Shown here one piece after another: positions 28,766 through 37,739 of a stretch of DNA of 62,800 nt; position 1 is the first letter of the stretch; each line of letters starts with the position of its first letter. The DNA is from Rhodothermales bacterium. GTDB lineage: Bacteria > Bacteroidota > Rhodothermia > Rhodothermales > UBA10348. The notes beneath the pieces are model-generated. The model ran no database searches and was not told the origin of the DNA. It saw nothing but the letters and a program-made list of their open reading frames with translations. The DNA lies in assembly GCA_017859335.1 (NCBI GenBank), contig JAFMNH010000001.1, positions 1 to 62,800 on the forward strand. Direction: 5' to 3'. Both the position numbers and the translations under genes were made by a program.

Positions 28766-29659
28766 ATGCAGCACAACAGAATGATAGGGACCCTGCTTTC
28801 GGATGCCTCCCGCGAGCGCAGTGAGCGCTTCATCATAGGCGTTGCCATCGGCACGTTCGTATTGCACCTCCTGCTTATTGCCCTGACCCGCCTAGGACTG
28901 ACAGGCCTGAATCCGGAATCGGAGATGTTGTCTGGATTCATAGCGGCCATTTACACGCCGTTTTCCTTCATTCTGCTCTACGAAGTATATCTCCTTGTTT
29001 TTTATCTCCCCCAATCCACGACGACCTACATAGCCAAGCAGTACGAGATTGTCACGCTCATTGTTATCAGGCGCCTTTTCAAGGACATTGCCAACCTGGA
29101 GCTGACGACGGATTGGTTTCAGAAAGAGTATGACCTGCAGTTCACGTATGACTTGCTGACAACGCTGGCGCTCTTCGGTCTGATCTATCTTTTTTATCGC
29201 CTCAACCATGCCCGACCATCAACCCCGTCAACAGGCAGCCTGACCCCGCAGGTCAAGCGATTCATCGCCATGAAGCAATATCTGGCGATCGCATTGATTC
29301 CATTGCTGGCCGCCCTGGCGGTGTATTCACTGGGACACTGGGGATGGGTGGCTTTCGGGAGTGGCACAGCTTCGGCAGGGCAGCTTCATGATGTCAATGA
29401 TATTTTCTTTGATGACTTTTTTGCTGTCCTGATTCTGGTGGATGTCCTCTTGCTACTCATGTCGTTTGTCCTCACGGACAAGTTTCACACCGTGATTCGA
29501 AACTCAGGATTCGTCATATCCACCATCCTCATCAAGCTCTCCTTCAGTGTGGTTGGTTTGCTGAATGCTGCGCTCACGGTCACGGCAGTCCTTTTCGGTG
29601 TGGCCATTCTCTGGCTTCACAATCAGTATGAACGGCTCGAGCGGAATGATCAGCGCTGA
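28766..29659 (+). CDS. Multi-pass membrane protein, unknown function
   Basis: 297 aa with about six hydrophobic helices. No recognisable motif. It ends 3 nt before ilvA. Confidence 0.7.
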   Translation: MQHNRMIGTLLSDASRERSERFIIGVAIGTFVLHLLLIALTRLGLTGLNPESEMLSGFIAAIYTPFSFILLYEVYLLVFYLPQSTTTYIAKQYEIVTLIVIRRLFKDIANLELTTDWFQKEYDLQFTYDLLTTLALFGLIYLFYRLNHARPSTPSTGSLTPQVKRFIAMKQYLAIALIPLLAALAVYSLGHWGWVAFGSGTASAGQLHDVNDIFFDDFFAVLILVDVLLLLMSFVLTDKFHTVIRNSGFVISTILIKLSFSVVGLLNAALTVTAVLFGVAILWLHNQYERLERNDQR

Positions 29660-29662
29660 TGA

Positions 29663-31216
29663 TTGCCACAAGCCCTCACCGCGCGCGATGCCGTGATATC
29701 TCCCCGCGACATAGAGGCCTTGATTCGTTCATCCCGCGTCTATGACGTAGCCCGCGAAACGGCGCTCGATGCAATGGGTGAGCTTTCCCATCGCACGGGA
29801 AACCATGTGCTGCTCAAGAGGGAGGACGAACAGGTAAGCTTCTCGTTCAAGGTGCGTGGTGCTTACAACAAGATGGCGCACCTCTCAAAAGAGCAGCTCT
29901 CTCGCGGCGTTGTTACTTCCTCGGCCGGCAATCACGCGCAGGGGGTTGCCCGGGCAGCATCGGTGCTGGCCTGCGATGCCACCATCGTCATGCCGGTTTC
30001 GACGCCCGAGGTCAAAGTGGACGCCGTTCGCCGTTTTGGGGGAAAGCGCGTAACCATCGTTTTGCACGGAGAGTCCTACAGCGATGCACATGCTCACGCC
30101 ACCACACTGGTGCGGGAAGAGAGCAGGACATTTGTCCACCCTTTTGACGACCCCCATGTCATTGCGGGTCAGGGCACTATCGCCAAGGAGATCTTCGAGC
30201 AGCATCCTGCAGAGATTGACGCCATCTTTGTGGCAGTGGGAGGAGGGGGGTTGGCAGCGGGGATAGGCTCCTGGGTCAGGTCAGCGCGCCCCGCAACGCG
30301 GGTAATCGGCGTTCAGGCGGAGGGCTCGAGCGCGATGATGCGATCGCTGCATGAACAGGAACGCGTACGCCTTGATCATGTCAGCCTTTTTTCGGACGGT
30401 ACCGCTGTCAAGGAGGTTGGCGCCTTGACCATGGCGCTCTGCTCGCAGGTTCTCGATGACTTGGTGGTTGTCAGTACCGATGAGATTTGTGCGGCCATCA
30501 GCGATGTTTATGCAGATACCCGCCATATTGTCGAACCCGCGGGCGCGCTTTCCCTTGCAGGCCTCAAGAAGGTGGCAGCTTCCAGCGGATGGGTAGATCG
30601 TCGCCTGGTGGCCGTTGCCTGCGGCGCAAACATGAACTTCAACCGCCTTCGCTTCGTTGCCGAGCGTGCCGAGGTAGGGCGGCATCGCGAGGCCATTTTT
30701 GCCGTTACCATTCCCGAGGAGCGAGGCTCATTCCGCGCGCTCTGTAGGCTTCTTGGTGATCATGATGTGACCGAGTTCAACTACCGGATGTCTGATGGGG
30801 ATGAAGCACATATCCTGGTGGGGATTGGGATACGATCGGAGGAGGATCGAGAGGCAATGGCTTCTGTTTTCAGGACGGCCGGCCTGAGCGCTTTGGATCT
30901 GTCTGATGATGAGCTTGCCAAGACGCACCTGCGTCATATGGTCGGTGGCCGCTCGGAGAGTGCGAAGGAAGAGCTCCTCTACCGGTTCGAGTTTCCAGAG
31001 CGCCCGGGTGCATTGATGCGGTTTCTTTCTGGCATCCCCTCCCAATGGAACATCAGCTTGTTCCATTATCGCGGCATTGGGGCGGACTATGGTGATGTGC
31101 TCGTTGGCATACAGACGGCCAGGAAAGATCGGGTCGTACTCGAGTCTTATCTGAGCGAGGTCGGCTTTCCATTCCGCTTCGAATCAGACAATCCTGCGTA
31201 CCAGCTTTTTTTGTGA
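29663..31216 (+). CDS. ilvA: Biosynthetic threonine ammonia-lyase (threonine deaminase)
   Basis: PLP lysine motif SFSFKVRGAYNKM, SSAGNHAQGVA, and tandem C-terminal regulatory (ACT-like) domains. Collinear with E. coli IlvA. TTG start (alternative GTG at 29693). Confidence 0.95.
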   Translation: MPQALTARDAVISPRDIEALIRSSRVYDVARETALDAMGELSHRTGNHVLLKREDEQVSFSFKVRGAYNKMAHLSKEQLSRGVVTSSAGNHAQGVARAASVLACDATIVMPVSTPEVKVDAVRRFGGKRVTIVLHGESYSDAHAHATTLVREESRTFVHPFDDPHVIAGQGTIAKEIFEQHPAEIDAIFVAVGGGGLAAGIGSWVRSARPATRVIGVQAEGSSAMMRSLHEQERVRLDHVSLFSDGTAVKEVGALTMALCSQVLDDLVVVSTDEICAAISDVYADTRHIVEPAGALSLAGLKKVAASSGWVDRRLVAVACGANMNFNRLRFVAERAEVGRHREAIFAVTIPEERGSFRALCRLLGDHDVTEFNYRMSDGDEAHILVGIGIRSEEDREAMASVFRTAGLSALDLSDDELAKTHLRHMVGGRSESAKEELLYRFEFPERPGALMRFLSGIPSQWNISLFHYRGIGADYGDVLVGIQTARKDRVVLESYLSEVGFPFRFESDNPAYQLFL

Positions 31217-31363
31217 CTCCAGGAAGGAAGTACCTCGTCTTTTCACAATATATTGACAAAGAGGTGTCCATGGAGTAGGTTTATCCGGCTCAAAGCCGCA
31301 TAAATCCAAGACGTTGTAACAAAATCCTCGATGCAGGTGCGTTCGAGGTATGGGGGTTTTGCC

Positions 31364-32113
31364 ATGAATCCTTTTCAGCGTGTTTCCCTGTGTTTTCTTG
31401 CCTCGGTGTCGTTTCTCATGTCGGCGGCAGCTCAGGAACAGGCGCTCGGCAGCGCGTGGGCTGGCACCTGGGAAGCTGAGGCAAACGGCACGCGGTTGGT
31501 CATGGAGAGCCAGGTTGCTGGCGAATGGCTCAATGCAAGGATCACGGATCCCACCGGATATACCTATCTCGTTGAGGCCACCGTTGCCGGCACGGATGCT
31601 CAGGGCGTTTTCTCCGACCCCCAGACAGGTGCCCGGCTTGATTGCACCCTGCGGTTGGGTGCGGGCCAATTGACGCTTTCCGTACTAAGTCCTGCACCCT
31701 CGCAAGGACAGCAACCGCTGCTGGAACTCAATTTTTATCCCCCCGGTAGCCTCCCCGAGACGAATACGGCGCAGTCGAGTAAGCTCGATCCTGCCTTGGT
31801 CGGTACCTGGATGCGTACGGAATCTTCGACCGACCCCGCGGCCAATTTCAGTTTTGTGGTTCAATGGACGCTCATCCTGAACGCCGACGGGACGTTTTCG
31901 CAGTATTCAAAAAGCGCGGGCGGCATCCTTGGGACAACAGGCGCAGGACAAGGGCAGCTCGTGGCGCAAGGCAACTGGAAAACGGAACAGAAAGTGTTGT
32001 GGACAAACACTGGGACCGGTTTTCAACCTTTTTCACGGTACCTGGTGGATGCGCAGAACATGATGTTCGTGTTTGGAGACGATTCGCGCCAGCTCTGGAG
32101 CCGCGCCTACTGA
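31364..32113 (+). CDS. Secreted hypothetical protein
   Basis: Signal peptide MNPFQRVSLCFLASVSFLMSAAAQEQ, with beta-rich repeats (GTWEAE.., GTWMRTE.., GNWKTE..). No family recognised. Confidence 0.7.
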   Translation: MNPFQRVSLCFLASVSFLMSAAAQEQALGSAWAGTWEAEANGTRLVMESQVAGEWLNARITDPTGYTYLVEATVAGTDAQGVFSDPQTGARLDCTLRLGAGQLTLSVLSPAPSQGQQPLLELNFYPPGSLPETNTAQSSKLDPALVGTWMRTESSTDPAANFSFVVQWTLILNADGTFSQYSKSAGGILGTTGAGQGQLVAQGNWKTEQKVLWTNTGTGFQPFSRYLVDAQNMMFVFGDDSRQLWSRAY

Positions 32114-32346
32114 CATATGAGCCAACCTCCCTGCATACAAGGGCTGTTTGAGCCGTAGGCGTAGATGGCATTCTTCAGCCCTGTTCTTCCTGTGACGGAT
32201 GGCCCTGCTCCTCCCGGTGGGAGAGGAGCCATTTCCATTTCCGGGGTGATTCACAGTATCATTGCCCCGTTCGTCTGACGTCCGTTACCTCGGTATTCAG
32301 ACGGGCACAAACCCGCCAATTGTCTTCACCACGTCTCGCCACCAGC

Positions 32347-32538
32347 ATGAATCTTTCACGCTCAGAGTTTCTCTTCAATGCGGCAGCCATTCTCTCGTTG
32401 GGGCTGTCCATTGTGGTATGGTTTCTGGGGTATCGCCAAGCGGCCATCTTCGTAGGGCTGTGGGTCCCAAGTATCCTGGGTTGGATGAACTTCGCCGCCA
32501 TCAAGGAGAGTCGAAAACTTCAGGAGGAGAAGGAGTAA
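32347..32538 (+). CDS. Small two-TM membrane protein (hypothetical)
   Basis: MNLSRSEFLFNAAAILSLGLSIVVWFLGYRQAAIFVGLWVPSILGWMNFAAIKESRKLQEEKE has two helices and a charged tail. Confidence 0.45.
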   Translation: MNLSRSEFLFNAAAILSLGLSIVVWFLGYRQAAIFVGLWVPSILGWMNFAAIKESRKLQEEKE

Positions 32539-32630
32539 TGGACCAGAATACCCTGCTTCTCATCATGGGTGGGATAGTAACCCTGATATTTCTCGTAGCC
32601 CTTTTTTCAAGCGATGCGTTCCGGAAATGA
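32538..32630 (+). CDS. 30-aa single-TM micro-protein (hypothetical)
   Basis: MDQNTLLLIMGGIVTLIFLVALFSSDAFRK. Its ATG overlaps the upstream stop (TAATG). Confidence 0.3.
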   Translation: MDQNTLLLIMGGIVTLIFLVALFSSDAFRK

Positions 32631-32732
32631 TGCATGTGGCTTCCGGGATGCCTCGCGCGCGGATGAGCCCTGGTGCTGCTCAATCAAATCCTGATACGCC
32701 TGTTCTGATTGCGTCATGTAGCCCCCACCTGC

Positions 32733-34373
32733 ATGAAAACACTGCCCTCACTTCTTCTTTGTTTCCTTGGTTTCGTTGCTCCGATCAGGGCCCAGGTTGA
32801 GCTCGTCCGCTTGGACTCTACGAAGCTGGACAGGGCCAACATCTGGGGTGTATTGGCCGAGGCGCCGGACCATATGGCCATCACGACGGCCCAGGCCCAG
32901 CATATCTACCTGCGCTACCTGGACAGCAACCTGCAGGAAGTAGGTTTTCCGGGTCCGGACCCGGTGCGTCTGACCTTCGAATCGGACGGATTCGGTCAAA
33001 ATGGATTGCCTACCATTGCAGATCACAAGACCATCTTCTGGAAGGACCATTTTTTTGTGGCGTTCTCACTGGCCGGGGATAGGCAGCTCTACCTGATGAA
33101 GGTAACGCCAGAGGGAAATCGGGTCGGTGAGATCCTCAAGGTGTACGACCAGGACGAACAGCCCGCAGGCCAGCCAGGGCTTCCGACGAACGACATGATC
33201 CTGGGGGCAAGCGAGGCTACCCTCTACGTCGGACACTTTGCGGTGGGGATCGGACATCGTATACACGCCTTCGACGCCGACATGAACCGTATGCGGGATC
33301 CCTTCAACACGGACCCCCGTCTCGTTCACAACAATGTGGGGGGACTCTACTTCCAGCAGGCAGAAGGTGTCTTCCATCTCATTACGGGAGACAAATTCGG
33401 AGGCGCCACCTCTGGGGGCGCCGGCATGCCGGCTCAAGAGGGTGCCAACCTGATTCTGACTAGGTGGGACCGGGATTTTGAGCCGCTCATGATGGAGCCT
33501 CAGGTCCTGATTGATGACCCTGCCGAGGAGGGCGCATGGTTTGGTACCGGTGTGGCGCAGGACACATCGACCGGATTCTGGTATGTCGCTTTTCAGCATT
33601 TGTACGAGGGCGAAAAGCTGGACGAGGAGCATGTGGACCTTGCTGTCTACGACGCCGGATTCAAGCGACTCATCACGCGCAGTCACGAGACGGCTCGTGA
33701 GTACTTCCGGCCCCATCTGCACATTCACGACGACGCTCTTTTCATGTCCTATGACCGGCGGGGCAATGGGGTATTTGTGCACAAGTATGCTCTGCTCGAG
33801 GAGGGGGATGCCCCGACAAACAATGCGCCTGATGCCGCTTTTTCAGCCTCCCGTACCAGTGGACAGGCACCCGTCTCCATCACCTTCGACGCCAGCGCCT
33901 CCAGCGACCCCGATGGGGATAGCCTCAGTTTTTATTGGGACTTTGGCGATGGCGCCACGGCGCAAGGTCAGCAGGCCGGGCATACCTACACCTCCTTCGG
34001 GCAATTCGAGGTGCGCCTGATGGTATCTGACGGGCTGGAAAGCGACATGGAGACGCTTACGGTTTCCATTGCCTCCGGCGTGTCAACAGAAGCCCTGACG
34101 ACCCCTGAGCGAGTTGACCTCAAGCCGGCCTACCCCAACCCCCTGAAGACAGAGACCACCATTTCCTACGCACTCGCAGAGCCCTCGGTCGTCTCCGTAA
34201 CACTGACCGACCTGTTGGGACGTCGCATCGCCGCGCCGCTTGAAGGGCAGAGGCAAACGGCAGGAGATCATACCTTTATCTGGTCAGCGGAAGGAATATC
34301 GCCTGGCATCTATGTTATTACGCTGCAGGCAGGGTCCGTCGTACAAAGCCAACCGGTGGTTGTCTTGCGCTAA
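32733..34373 (+). CDS. Secreted protein with unknown N-terminal domain, PKD domain and T9SS C-terminal sorting domain
   Basis: Signal peptide MKTLPSLLLCFLGFVAPIRAQ. PKD segment (APVSITFDASASSDPDGDSLSFYWDFGDGATAQG..HTY..GQFEVRLMVSDG). CTD (LKPAYPNPLKTETTISY...GIYVITLQAG). Confidence 0.8.
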   Translation: MKTLPSLLLCFLGFVAPIRAQVELVRLDSTKLDRANIWGVLAEAPDHMAITTAQAQHIYLRYLDSNLQEVGFPGPDPVRLTFESDGFGQNGLPTIADHKTIFWKDHFFVAFSLAGDRQLYLMKVTPEGNRVGEILKVYDQDEQPAGQPGLPTNDMILGASEATLYVGHFAVGIGHRIHAFDADMNRMRDPFNTDPRLVHNNVGGLYFQQAEGVFHLITGDKFGGATSGGAGMPAQEGANLILTRWDRDFEPLMMEPQVLIDDPAEEGAWFGTGVAQDTSTGFWYVAFQHLYEGEKLDEEHVDLAVYDAGFKRLITRSHETAREYFRPHLHIHDDALFMSYDRRGNGVFVHKYALLEEGDAPTNNAPDAAFSASRTSGQAPVSITFDASASSDPDGDSLSFYWDFGDGATAQGQQAGHTYTSFGQFEVRLMVSDGLESDMETLTVSIASGVSTEALTTPERVDLKPAYPNPLKTETTISYALAEPSVVSVTLTDLLGRRIAAPLEGQRQTAGDHTFIWSAEGISPGIYVITLQAGSVVQSQPVVVLR

Positions 34374-34494
34374 CGGAAAGAGACACCGGTCCGCCCAGCG
34401 CACCACAAACCGGCTCGAAGGCTTCTTTCCGCGGCGGGAGTTCCTTGAAAGGAACTCCCGTAAGACGCCTTCGACACGTCCACTCCGTGCGCAC

Positions 34495-36036
34495 ATGATG
34501 TTTCCGATAGTTCTATACAGACGCTTCTCCGTGCGAAAGCATATCGGAAGTCCCTGCATGTCGCTTTGGCTCGGACTCCTTCTTGTTGCCACGCTCTGGC
34601 CCTGCCGGGCGCAGGCTCAGCTGCGTCTGGCAAACGACATCATATTTTTCGGGCAGCGCAACGACCTCCTGTTTTTTTCACACGATGACTCGCTCTTCCG
34701 TGTGGGCGTAGAGTCGATGCAGGTACTTGGCGTCGATCGGATGCCCGATGAGTCCCACTTCTTGGTCAATACCCAGCCCGTTCCCAATTCAGCGATCATT
34801 TCCGACTCGACGCTGTGGATCTGGGATGCGTCCATCGGATCTGTTTTCGCCTACAACAGCGAAGGCCTTCTCAAGTCCTACCCCCAATATCCCTCCCGTA
34901 CGCGGTTCGGACATGCAGCAACCACACGGCCGGATACGGGCGAGCCGCTGGTCTTTGGCGGCTATGGATACTGGCGGGCGCAGGACTTTTTCATCTATTT
35001 CGACACCACGTTACACCAATGGCTCGAACTGGCCTACACCCCCGGGCCCCATGATCCATCGCCCCAGATACGATCGAGTCTGCTCGATGTCGGTAATGGA
35101 CGAGACGTCTACTTGGTGCAGGGAAGCACCTCGAAGCAGGTCTCGCCCATGTATTATGTCCAACGCCCGGAGGCGCTGGCCCTGCGTTTCGACTTCGATA
35201 CAATGATGTGGCAACCCACCCCCATGAACGCCGAGGTCGCGTGTCTGATATCAACCCATGCCAAAGTGCGTCTGGCCAGTTTTCAGGGGCCTGAAGTGAC
35301 CTACGTGGGTATACCCCATCCGGCGTCCCAGGCGTGCGGTCCGCTCTATGAAGACCGGGATGTGATCCTGGACTTTTCCCTTCTCTTCTGGCGGCCCGAG
35401 ACGGGGGAATGGGCCTATCAACCGCTCAATTCGCCTCTGCCTTCGAGCAGGTACCTTGTCGGATTGCAGGTAGGGGACAATGAGGCCATGGCTATTGTGA
35501 TGGATATATCGAACACAACAGGTCCCAGGGTCGAGACGCTGTCCTTCCCGATTTCGAATTCGCTTTCTTGGCAACCCCTGCCTGAAATAGAACGTCCACC
35601 CATGCCGTGGTACTGGCCCGTGGGCGGTGTGCTTGTCCTGCTCCTCTCGGCCGTATTTGTTTGGATCGTGTGGTTCAGGAGATGCGTGTATCTCGTAGAG
35701 GATCAGGATGTCCTCCTGATTCGACGTGGCTCCCTGGTCATGCGCGTGGACATCGTACCCAATGCCATGCTCCTGTTGAAACATCTCTCTGAGCAGCCTT
35801 CTGGTCGCTGGATGAACCGTCAGGAGCTGGAAATACCCTTTGAGTCGATGGCCTACGCCGAAGATGCCTTGCGCACGACCATCAACAGGGCCATATCGTC
35901 TATCAATGACATAGGTCTCAACGAACTGGATAGGGAGCTTATCGAGCGACAGTCATCGAGCGCAGATAAGCGCAAGCAGGAATACCGCCTGAACCCGAGT
36001 GTCCGTTGTAAAGGGCGGGGAATACGCCGTTTCTGA
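34495..36036 (+). CDS. Membrane-spanning one-component regulator: exported Kelch-like beta-propeller, single TM, C-terminal OmpR/PhoB-type winged helix
   Basis: Signal peptide (MSLWLGLLLVATLWPCRAQA). Kelch-like motifs (FGHAATTRPDTGEPLVFGGYGYW..FFIYFDTTLHQWLEL). TM helix WYWPVGGVLVLLLSAVFVWIVWF (nt about 35603-35680). The C-terminus LLLKHLSEQPSGRWMNRQELE...ALRTTINRAISSIND...KQEYRLN aligns with Trans_reg_C. The start is uncertain (34495 or 34558). Confidence 0.8.
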   Translation: MMFPIVLYRRFSVRKHIGSPCMSLWLGLLLVATLWPCRAQAQLRLANDIIFFGQRNDLLFFSHDDSLFRVGVESMQVLGVDRMPDESHFLVNTQPVPNSAIISDSTLWIWDASIGSVFAYNSEGLLKSYPQYPSRTRFGHAATTRPDTGEPLVFGGYGYWRAQDFFIYFDTTLHQWLELAYTPGPHDPSPQIRSSLLDVGNGRDVYLVQGSTSKQVSPMYYVQRPEALALRFDFDTMMWQPTPMNAEVACLISTHAKVRLASFQGPEVTYVGIPHPASQACGPLYEDRDVILDFSLLFWRPETGEWAYQPLNSPLPSSRYLVGLQVGDNEAMAIVMDISNTTGPRVETLSFPISNSLSWQPLPEIERPPMPWYWPVGGVLVLLLSAVFVWIVWFRRCVYLVEDQDVLLIRRGSLVMRVDIVPNAMLLLKHLSEQPSGRWMNRQELEIPFESMAYAEDALRTTINRAISSINDIGLNELDRELIERQSSSADKRKQEYRLNPSVRCKGRGIRRF

Positions 36037-36184
36037 ATCCGGTTGACGGTAGTTTGGGTCCTGTACAGAAATCTGTATTATTAACGAGGCCACCCTGCTG
36101 CAGGGGAAGGCGTGGATACCCCGCCATTCCCGATCCACAGGTTCTCCAACGGTTTCATTACACCTCGCGCGAAGGTTAGCTTCT

Positions 36185-36886
36185 ATGTCAATCATCATGC
36201 ATCGCCCAGTATTCTTACTTTCTGCCTTCCTGCTTCTCATGACGCACCTTCCCATACACGCTCAGGAGTGGGCTGCGTTCGATCGCTACGCCGAGCAGAA
36301 CCAGGCCTTGCCACCGGTCGCAGAGGACGAGGTACGCGTTGTCTTCATGGGCGACTCCATCACCGAGGGTTGGAGCGCATCCTACCCCGAGTTCTTCGAA
36401 GGAAAGCCCTACATCAACAGAGGGATCGGGGGCCAGGTGACGGCGCAAATGCTGGTTCGCTTTCGAGCCGATGTGCTGCAGCTTGACCCCGATGTTGTAT
36501 TCATTATGGCTGGGACGAATGACATCGCAGAAAATCAGGGACCTGTGGCACTCGAAACGGTTGCAGGCCACATTCAATCCATGGCAGAGCTGGCATCGAT
36601 CAACGGTATTGAACCTGTTGTGTGCTCTGTCCTTCCGGCTTCGCATTATCCATGGCGGGAAGGTCCCGATCCAGCGACAGACATTCCGCGCCTTAACGCC
36701 ATGCTCGCATCCTATGCCAAGCGCATGGGATTTCGGTATCTCGATTACTTTTCCGTCATGACCGACGGCGCGGCCGGTCTGCAATCAGAGCTCACGACAG
36801 ACCATGTTCATCTCTCAATAGCGGGATACCGGAAGCTGTCCGAACTGGCCGGCGCCACGCTCGATGAGATCATGGCAAGTCGGTAA
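36185..36886 (+). CDS. SGNH/GDSL-family hydrolase, secreted
   Basis: Signal peptide. Block I VVFMGDSITEGW, block III GTNDI, and a C-terminal DHVHLS (catalytic D..H). Confidence 0.9.
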   Translation: MSIIMHRPVFLLSAFLLLMTHLPIHAQEWAAFDRYAEQNQALPPVAEDEVRVVFMGDSITEGWSASYPEFFEGKPYINRGIGGQVTAQMLVRFRADVLQLDPDVVFIMAGTNDIAENQGPVALETVAGHIQSMAELASINGIEPVVCSVLPASHYPWREGPDPATDIPRLNAMLASYAKRMGFRYLDYFSVMTDGAAGLQSELTTDHVHLSIAGYRKLSELAGATLDEIMASR

Positions 36887-36948
36887 ATGGATGCATCGCC
36901 CGTCATGCCCGCTTGGAGGAGGCGCAGCCAAACGATTCACGAAGGACG

Positions 36949-37191
36949 CTATTCGTGCCGGTAACGCACCAGAAGTGTAGGGTCCGTGCTCTCTGCGAGC
37001 TGATCGCCGCATAATCGGCAGGCCCAAACGATACGGTCGGGTCTACCCCCGGAAACACCCCAAAAGACGCCGTACCAAAACTTCCGTCGCTTGTGTTTGG
37101 GATGTGGGCTGACCCACACACTGTGCAGGTCATGACCACACGAGCAGGTTGCGTGGGCTTCGCCCAGGGTGTTGGCGGTGACTTGGATCAT
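36949..37191 (-). CDS. Possible 80-aa zinc-ribbon-like protein (hypothetical)
   Basis: MIQVTANTLGEAHATCSCGHDLH...WACRLCGDQL carries a CxC...CxxC cysteine pattern. There is no other support, and it lies in a 553-nt gap that otherwise has no gene. Confidence 0.25.
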   Translation of the reverse strand: MIQVTANTLGEAHATCSCGHDLHSVWVSPHPKHKRRKFWYGVFWGVSGGRPDRIVWACRLCGDQLAESTDPTLLVRYRHE

Positions 37192-37439
37192 GGCCCTGCT
37201 ATCACTCCTCATCACCCTGCAAGATCCTTGCTTGCGCGTACCTCCCTCCGCGCCGTGCTCCCTGCACGGCGCGCGAAAGCGTTCGCGCGCATCCAGCCTG
37301 AAATGAACCTGGGAACCTCTAGCTTCCAAGCCACAAAGTGTTATATTCGTCTCGCTCCATGGGCCCTTGTCCTACTCATCACGCACTGGGGATGAGCGCC
37401 TGAGCACCTGGACCAATATTCCCAGATGGAAACTTCGAC

Positions 37440-37739
37440 ATGTCTGATGTGGCAGATACGCGCCAAAAGGAAGCGATCGATCGATACTGGAAGCGCAATA
37501 TCATCACCATGGTGATCCTGCTCGTCATTTGGGCCGTTGCCGGGTTGGGTGCCGGAATCCTGTTTGCTGACAAGCTCAATGCCTTTTCCCTCGGTGGTAT
37601 TCCCCTCGGATTCTGGTTTGCTCAGCAAGGAAGTATCCTGGTCTTCGTGATGCTCATCCTGGTCTATGCCATCGTCCTCAACCGCTTGGACAAAAGGCAC
37701 CATGAGGAACTCGAAGCCGTCCGGGGTGCCAAGGCATGA
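37440..37739 (+). CDS. DUF4212 protein (putative solute:sodium symporter small subunit)
   Basis: 99 aa with two TM helices. YWKRNIITMVILLVIWAVAG...GIPLGFWFAQQGSILVFVMLILVY matches the family. It overlaps the following symporter gene by 4 nt, which is the canonical pairing. Confidence 0.85.
   Translation: MSDVADTRQKEAIDRYWKRNIITMVILLVIWAVAGLGAGILFADKLNAFSLGGIPLGFWFAQQGSILVFVMLILVYAIVLNRLDKRHHEELEAVRGAKA

Noticed and set aside
34240-34494. N-terminal extensions offered by the ORF track for the Kelch regulator (here), for glpT (20258-20344), for glpK (15441-15524) and for the S8 protease (61021-61158).
   Set aside because: Each extension overlaps the end of the upstream gene and encodes Arg-rich, non-signal-like sequence. 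Internal ATGs give canonical N-termini (a signal peptide or family-typical start).
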